DNA from: Promethearchaeota archaeon
GTDB taxonomy: Archaea; Asgardarchaeota; Heimdallarchaeia; Hodarchaeales; Hodarchaeaceae
Reading direction: 5' to 3'
DNA: 64,000 bases
Assembly (NCBI GenBank): GCA_048938105.1
Contig: JBHLMN010000008.1
Span: 32,001-96,000, forward strand
A program made the position numbers and the translations under genes. Shown piece by piece: positions 59,477 to 64,000 of this stretch. Positions within the stretch are counted from its first letter, which is position 1. Each line of letters opens with the position of its first letter. Below the pieces are notes generated by a model. It did no database searches, was not told the DNA's origin, and worked only from the letters and a program-made list of their open reading frames with translations.

Positions 59477-60282
59477 GCTCGCAGAAAGATTTTATCAAGA
59501 TTATGACTGAACAATTCCATAAAGGTAAAACTTTCGCACTTGTCACTGTTGTTGACGTTAGTGGTTCGGCCCCTCAACGAATAGGGGCTAAAATGTTGGT
59601 ATCTTCTACTGGAAAACGCCTTTGGGGGACAATTGGTGGAGGAACTATTGAGAATTTGGCTCTTAAAGAAGCACAAGTTCAAATCAAAAAGAAATTACCT
59701 CTCCTGAAAGAATACGAATTAACTGAAGAAGGGGAGAAAGCCACAGGAATGCTTTGTGGAGGGAAAATGAGTCTGTTTATTGATGTGCAGGGTGCAGGTA
59801 CTAAAGCCTATATCTTTGGAGCAGGCCATATCAGTCAACAATTAGTCTCATTGTTAACACCCTTAGGTTTCTGGACAATTGTTATCGATGATAGGAAAGA
59901 ATACCTTGATGAAAATTTCAAGAATATTAATGTAGCTGAAACACTTACAGGTAATTTTCCTGAAATCATTGACTCAATTGAATTTGAAAAGGGTTGTTAT
60001 ATTATTATTCTTACATATTCTCATGATTTAGACGAAAAGATCTTGAAACATCTTTTAACAACACGACAACAAGAATTTGAAACCTGGAAATATCTTGGGA
60101 TGATTGGAAGCAAGAGAAAAGTCTCAGAGATAATCAGTCGTTTAGAATCTCAGGGAGTCGATTCGATCCTCTTTGAAAAGGTTCATGCCCCTATTGGAAT
60201 ACCAATAGGGAGTCAGACTCCAGAAGAAATCGCCATTTCCATTGCAGCCGAAATAATTGATGTTCGGAATAAGAAAGAGTGA
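59473..60282 (+). CDS. xdhC: XdhC/CoxF Moco insertion chaperone
   Basis: GSAP, GTIGGG, GMLCGG, FGAGH, YLGMIGSKRK, PIG...TPEEIAISI. Confidence 0.92.
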   Translation: MSSQKDFIKIMTEQFHKGKTFALVTVVDVSGSAPQRIGAKMLVSSTGKRLWGTIGGGTIENLALKEAQVQIKKKLPLLKEYELTEEGEKATGMLCGGKMSLFIDVQGAGTKAYIFGAGHISQQLVSLLTPLGFWTIVIDDRKEYLDENFKNINVAETLTGNFPEIIDSIEFEKGCYIIILTYSHDLDEKILKHLLTTRQQEFETWKYLGMIGSKRKVSEIISRLESQGVDSILFEKVHAPIGIPIGSQTPEEIAISIAAEIIDVRNKKE

Positions 60283-60288
60283 TGAAAA

Positions 60289-61149
60289 ATGTACGAATTT
60301 GAAATTTATTCACCCACGAATTTAGATGAAGCATTGGATCTAAAAGCCACTTTTGGAGCAGATTTACATCCTCTTGCTGGTGGAACCGATATACTCGTTA
60401 GTATACGGAATAATCGCGTAAATTGGGGAGATAAGCCTTCTCTTTTAAACCTCAACAACATCAAGGCACTCCATTTTATCCGAGAAACACCTGACACTAT
60501 TGAAATTGGTCCTTTACTGACTCATAGTGCAATAGCTACTCATCCGCTTATTGTAACTCATGTTCCCGCTCTAGCTAAAGCAGTATCTTACGTTGGATCT
60601 CCTCAAATTCGAAATCGAGGGACAATTGCTGGTAATATGTGCCATGCAAGCCCCGCTGCTGACTCCTTACCTATTCTTTATTGTCGGAATGCGAAAATAG
60701 AAATTCAAACACATAATCGAACCACTCTAGTTCCTATTGAACAATTTATTACAGGCCCAGGTTTTATTGCAATAGACCCTTGTGGTATACTGACAAAAGT
60801 AATTATCCCTAAACTCCCAAATTATATAGGTGATTATTTAACCCTCCGTCAACGTCAAGCATTATCCTGTAACGTCGTATCTGTTGGAGTTGAGATGTTT
60901 CGACCAAATCGTGAGGGGAAAATAATTGATATTCGAATAGCTCTTGGGGCAGTTGCTCCTACAGTGGTTCGTGGAAGAAAGACCGAGGAACTTCTTAAAA
61001 ATAAAATACTCACTGGAGATCTAATTGATGAAGCTTCTAGTCTCATCCAAACCGAATGTATTCCTATAGATGACGTTCGGTCAAATAAAAACTATCGTCA
61101 AGCCATGACTGGTGTTTTATTAACACGCTTTCTTCATAAATTATCTTAA
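60289..61149 (+). CDS. Xanthine dehydrogenase family FAD-binding subunit
   Basis: AGGTD, QIRNRGTIAGN, ASPAAD, PIDDVRS. Confidence 0.93.
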   Translation: MYEFEIYSPTNLDEALDLKATFGADLHPLAGGTDILVSIRNNRVNWGDKPSLLNLNNIKALHFIRETPDTIEIGPLLTHSAIATHPLIVTHVPALAKAVSYVGSPQIRNRGTIAGNMCHASPAADSLPILYCRNAKIEIQTHNRTTLVPIEQFITGPGFIAIDPCGILTKVIIPKLPNYIGDYLTLRQRQALSCNVVSVGVEMFRPNREGKIIDIRIALGAVAPTVVRGRKTEELLKNKILTGDLIDEASSLIQTECIPIDDVRSNKNYRQAMTGVLLTRFLHKLS

Positions 61150-61176
61150 GAGAAAATTTAGAAATAAAAAAAATGC

Positions 61177-62991
61177 CTAGATCTTTTCTATAACAGGTAA
61201 TCGGAAAACGAACTTTGCTCCTTGAGGTTTAACATTCTCTATCCAGATCTTGCTTTTGTAAGATTGGAGTATCTCTAAACTTATTGAAAGCCCCAATCCA
61301 CTACCTACTTTTCCTTGTGGGCCAATACTGACGAAAGGTCTGAATATTTCATCCTTTAGACCATCAGGGACCCCAGGGCCATGGTCACTGATACTAAATC
61401 TCCAAAATTGATCCTCTTTTTCCACAGAAATCTCAATTACTTCATTTGGAGGACTCCATTTGATGGCATTATCTATGATATTGCTAAAAACACTACGAAG
61501 ACGTAGATCTGCTAAAGTGAAAATCTTTGGATCTGCTGGCCAATTTACATTGAGTTCTAAATTCTTGGTTTTAATTGCTGATTTAAAACCCACCATTACA
61601 TCCTTAATTATTTCCTTTACATCTATCTCTGACAAGTCTTTTACTTCTTCAAAAGTCCCCAATGTCTTTAGGTAACTTCGTACATCAGTAATGATTTCTT
61701 GCATTGAACGAGTTTTTGCGTTAATTCCATCCAAAGATTCTTCTATTTCAGCAAAATTCTGAATGTGACTTAATTCCTTTCTTAAAACATCTGTAAATCC
61801 TTGAATCACCATTAATTGATTTTTCAAATCATGAGAAATGACACTTAATAGGGAGTTCTTGAAATCTATGCTTTTTCTGAGTAGTAGCTCAATTTCTTTC
61901 TCAAGGGTGATATTCTGAACGAGGTAGATAAAGCCAAGAAGATTATTTTTCTCTCGGAGCGCTTTAATACTCACTCTATAGAATTGACCTTGGGGTTCTA
62001 AGGGATAAAGGAGTTCCATCTCAAAGTTCAGGGGCTCATCGCGAATTTCTGGTAAGGAGTTTTCAATTTGGCTTATTCCTTCATGATAAGGCTTTAATCT
62101 TTCCTGTTCACTAAGGATAGCGAAAAGATTGCTTCCGATGATATCTGGGGGACATTCGCTTTCAAATATATACTGACAGGCTGATTCATTAATATCAACA
62201 ATCAAATTATCTCTAGTAGTCGCTATTATTCCAATATCTGCAAGATTTTTGATTATGAATTGATGAGCAAAAGGTACCAAATCAAGAAATCCAACTTCAA
62301 ACAACGCGTAGAAGAATAATATATAGCAAATGACGAATGCTACTGGTGTTAGGTCTATAAATGTAAGAGGAGGGATTTTGAAGATTCGTATTATATTCCC
62401 TAAAATGGGAAAAATTGAACCAATAATTAAGATTAAAATTTGTTTCTGATAAAGATTACTCCCTTTGGTATTAACCTTAAAATACCTCTGTAAAAGTAAA
62501 AAGAATCCAATGGCCAATAAGAGATATGAATAGATAGTATGACTATAAAAAACAGGTCCATAAACAAGATCTAACGTATTAAAAGGAGTTTCTGTGTTTA
62601 GGGTGACTGATTTATAAAACTGTTCGTGATATTCGTTTGTTATCAATAATAACCAATGAATGAAAGGTGGAAAAAATAACAAACCCATAATTGGTTTAGA
62701 GGCAGTCTCTACTCGATTCGTAAAGATTAAAATGAAAAGAAGAAAGAATGGACAAAGTGCAACTATCCCAAGATATTCAATTTTAATCCAAAATAATTTG
62801 GTAGCTTTATCAACTGCAAGTATATCTAAAGTATACCCTAGAGACCAGATCACTGTACTACCAATTAGTGCCATAAAATGAAGTACCAATCGGGATTTTG
62901 GACGGAAAATAAGGGGATAAAGGAACATACAGAAAGCGAGGACAGTCAGAGCGCCCATTACGACCGCAAATGTTGTAAACTCATAGGGCAT
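61177..62991 (-). CDS. Sensor histidine kinase with N-terminal 7TM domain and PAS-like linker
   Basis: WIKIEYLG...DLTP 7TM pattern; SHDLKN, DNAIKW, DHGPG, GSGLGL. Confidence 0.92.
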   Translation of the reverse strand: MPYEFTTFAVVMGALTVLAFCMFLYPLIFRPKSRLVLHFMALIGSTVIWSLGYTLDILAVDKATKLFWIKIEYLGIVALCPFFLLFILIFTNRVETASKPIMGLLFFPPFIHWLLLITNEYHEQFYKSVTLNTETPFNTLDLVYGPVFYSHTIYSYLLLAIGFFLLLQRYFKVNTKGSNLYQKQILILIIGSIFPILGNIIRIFKIPPLTFIDLTPVAFVICYILFFYALFEVGFLDLVPFAHQFIIKNLADIGIIATTRDNLIVDINESACQYIFESECPPDIIGSNLFAILSEQERLKPYHEGISQIENSLPEIRDEPLNFEMELLYPLEPQGQFYRVSIKALREKNNLLGFIYLVQNITLEKEIELLLRKSIDFKNSLLSVISHDLKNQLMVIQGFTDVLRKELSHIQNFAEIEESLDGINAKTRSMQEIITDVRSYLKTLGTFEEVKDLSEIDVKEIIKDVMVGFKSAIKTKNLELNVNWPADPKIFTLADLRLRSVFSNIIDNAIKWSPPNEVIEISVEKEDQFWRFSISDHGPGVPDGLKDEIFRPFVSIGPQGKVGSGLGLSISLEILQSYKSKIWIENVKPQGAKFVFRLPVIEKI

Positions 62992-63123
62992 TCCAGATGT
63001 CTCCTTTTAAAGATCCTGAGATCAAAGAGATCAATATTTCAAAAGAAAACACAATTTTATTGAATGTCTTTAATATTCATCACAATAGAGAAAATTGAAT
63101 CAGTAAGATAGCGAGGGATTGAA

Positions 63124-64000
63124 TTAGTTTTCGGCCCTTTTTGGGATCTCAAAATAAAATATTGTTCCCTGTGGCTTAGCATCTTCAATCCACATTCGTC
63201 CCAAAAAGAATTGAATGGCTTGAAAAGCGATGGTAAGTCCTAATCCGATCCCTTTTTGTTCACCAAATGCAGCAAACGGTTCAAAAACTTGTTTTTTCAG
63301 GCCATCAGGAATACCAGATCCTTGGTCTGCTATACTTACTTGCCAATCATTATTTGTGTCTATTAAACAAATTTCAATTATCCCTTGAGGAGGTGAAAAC
63401 TTTATTGCATTTGCTATCAAGTTTAATATAACACTGTTCATTGCAAGATTAGCAAGAATATATGCAGGACCCTCAAGTAGTTTTAATTCCACTGATAACT
63501 TTTTTGCGTTAATTTCTGGTTGTAATTGTTTAATAGCGGCTTGAATTGCCCCAATTAACTCATATTTCTCTGTGGGTGATGATCGAAGAACATCTTCTAC
63601 TTTTAGATAAGCAGTAACTTCCTCAATAAGTCGCATTGTAGCATTACTTTTAACCCGAATAGCTAATAGTCCTTCTTTCGTACCCTCAAGATCAGTTGCT
63701 TGTGCAGCTATCTCTGTATATCCATCTAGGACATTCAAATGGTTATAAAGATCGTGTGAGAGGAGTTTTAGTATGAGGTCTTGCATACGATTTTTTTGTT
63801 GAAATGTGAGTTCAGCTGTCACATGATCTGTTATATCTCTGAGAATAACTACAAAACCGAGGATATCTCTGTTACTTGGAGACCTCAGAGGGGAGGCAAG
63901 TAGGTCATAGAACTTTTTGGGAACATCCTGAGGAACTAATATATCGAATTCTGTAGAATACATAGAGGATGTACCTGTCTGTAGTTCCTCCAATCCATGT
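63124..64000 (-). CDS. Sensor histidine kinase (N-terminus beyond the window)
   Basis: VILRDIT, SHDLYNHL, NAIKF, DQGSG, GIGLGL. Confidence 0.9.
   Translation of the reverse strand, partial: HGLEELQTGTSSMYSTEFDILVPQDVPKKFYDLLASPLRSPSNRDILGFVVILRDITDHVTAELTFQQKNRMQDLILKLLSHDLYNHLNVLDGYTEIAAQATDLEGTKEGLLAIRVKSNATMRLIEEVTAYLKVEDVLRSSPTEKYELIGAIQAAIKQLQPEINAKKLSVELKLLEGPAYILANLAMNSVILNLIANAIKFSPPQGIIEICLIDTNNDWQVSIADQGSGIPDGLKKQVFEPFAAFGEQKGIGLGLTIAFQAIQFFLGRMWIEDAKPQGTIFYFEIPKRAEN

Overview
AT-rich archaeal chromosomal segment. Proteins with PCI-like winged-helix, RING-like, longin-like and C2-like domains, plus Thr-rich/TM/basic C-terminal anchors, point to an Asgard archaeon, probably Heimdallarchaeia (inference). 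Housekeeping and metabolic genes include a CoA-transferase, endonuclease IV, Xaa-Pro peptidase, RIO kinase, acyl-CoA dehydrogenase, an ABC importer with DUF47, sirtuin, an AbfD-like dehydratase, a xanthine dehydrogenase operon and two histidine kinases. Most notable: (1) an MFS transporter fused to a longin-like domain, downstream of a protein with two putative roadblock/longin-like domains; (2) a beta-propeller/Ca-repeat single-pass protein with a cytoplasmic PCI-like tail, convergent with a tandem (PCI-like + RING-like)x2 protein; (3) a degenerate CofD-fold protein fused to a PCI domain; (4) a roughly 300-nt structured leader with a uORF upstream of the RIO kinase; (5) several pseudogenes and orphan 3' gene stubs missed or fragmented by the ORF track. 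I saw no tRNA, rRNA, CRISPR array or transposase. All domain calls are by eye from motifs; no searches were run.
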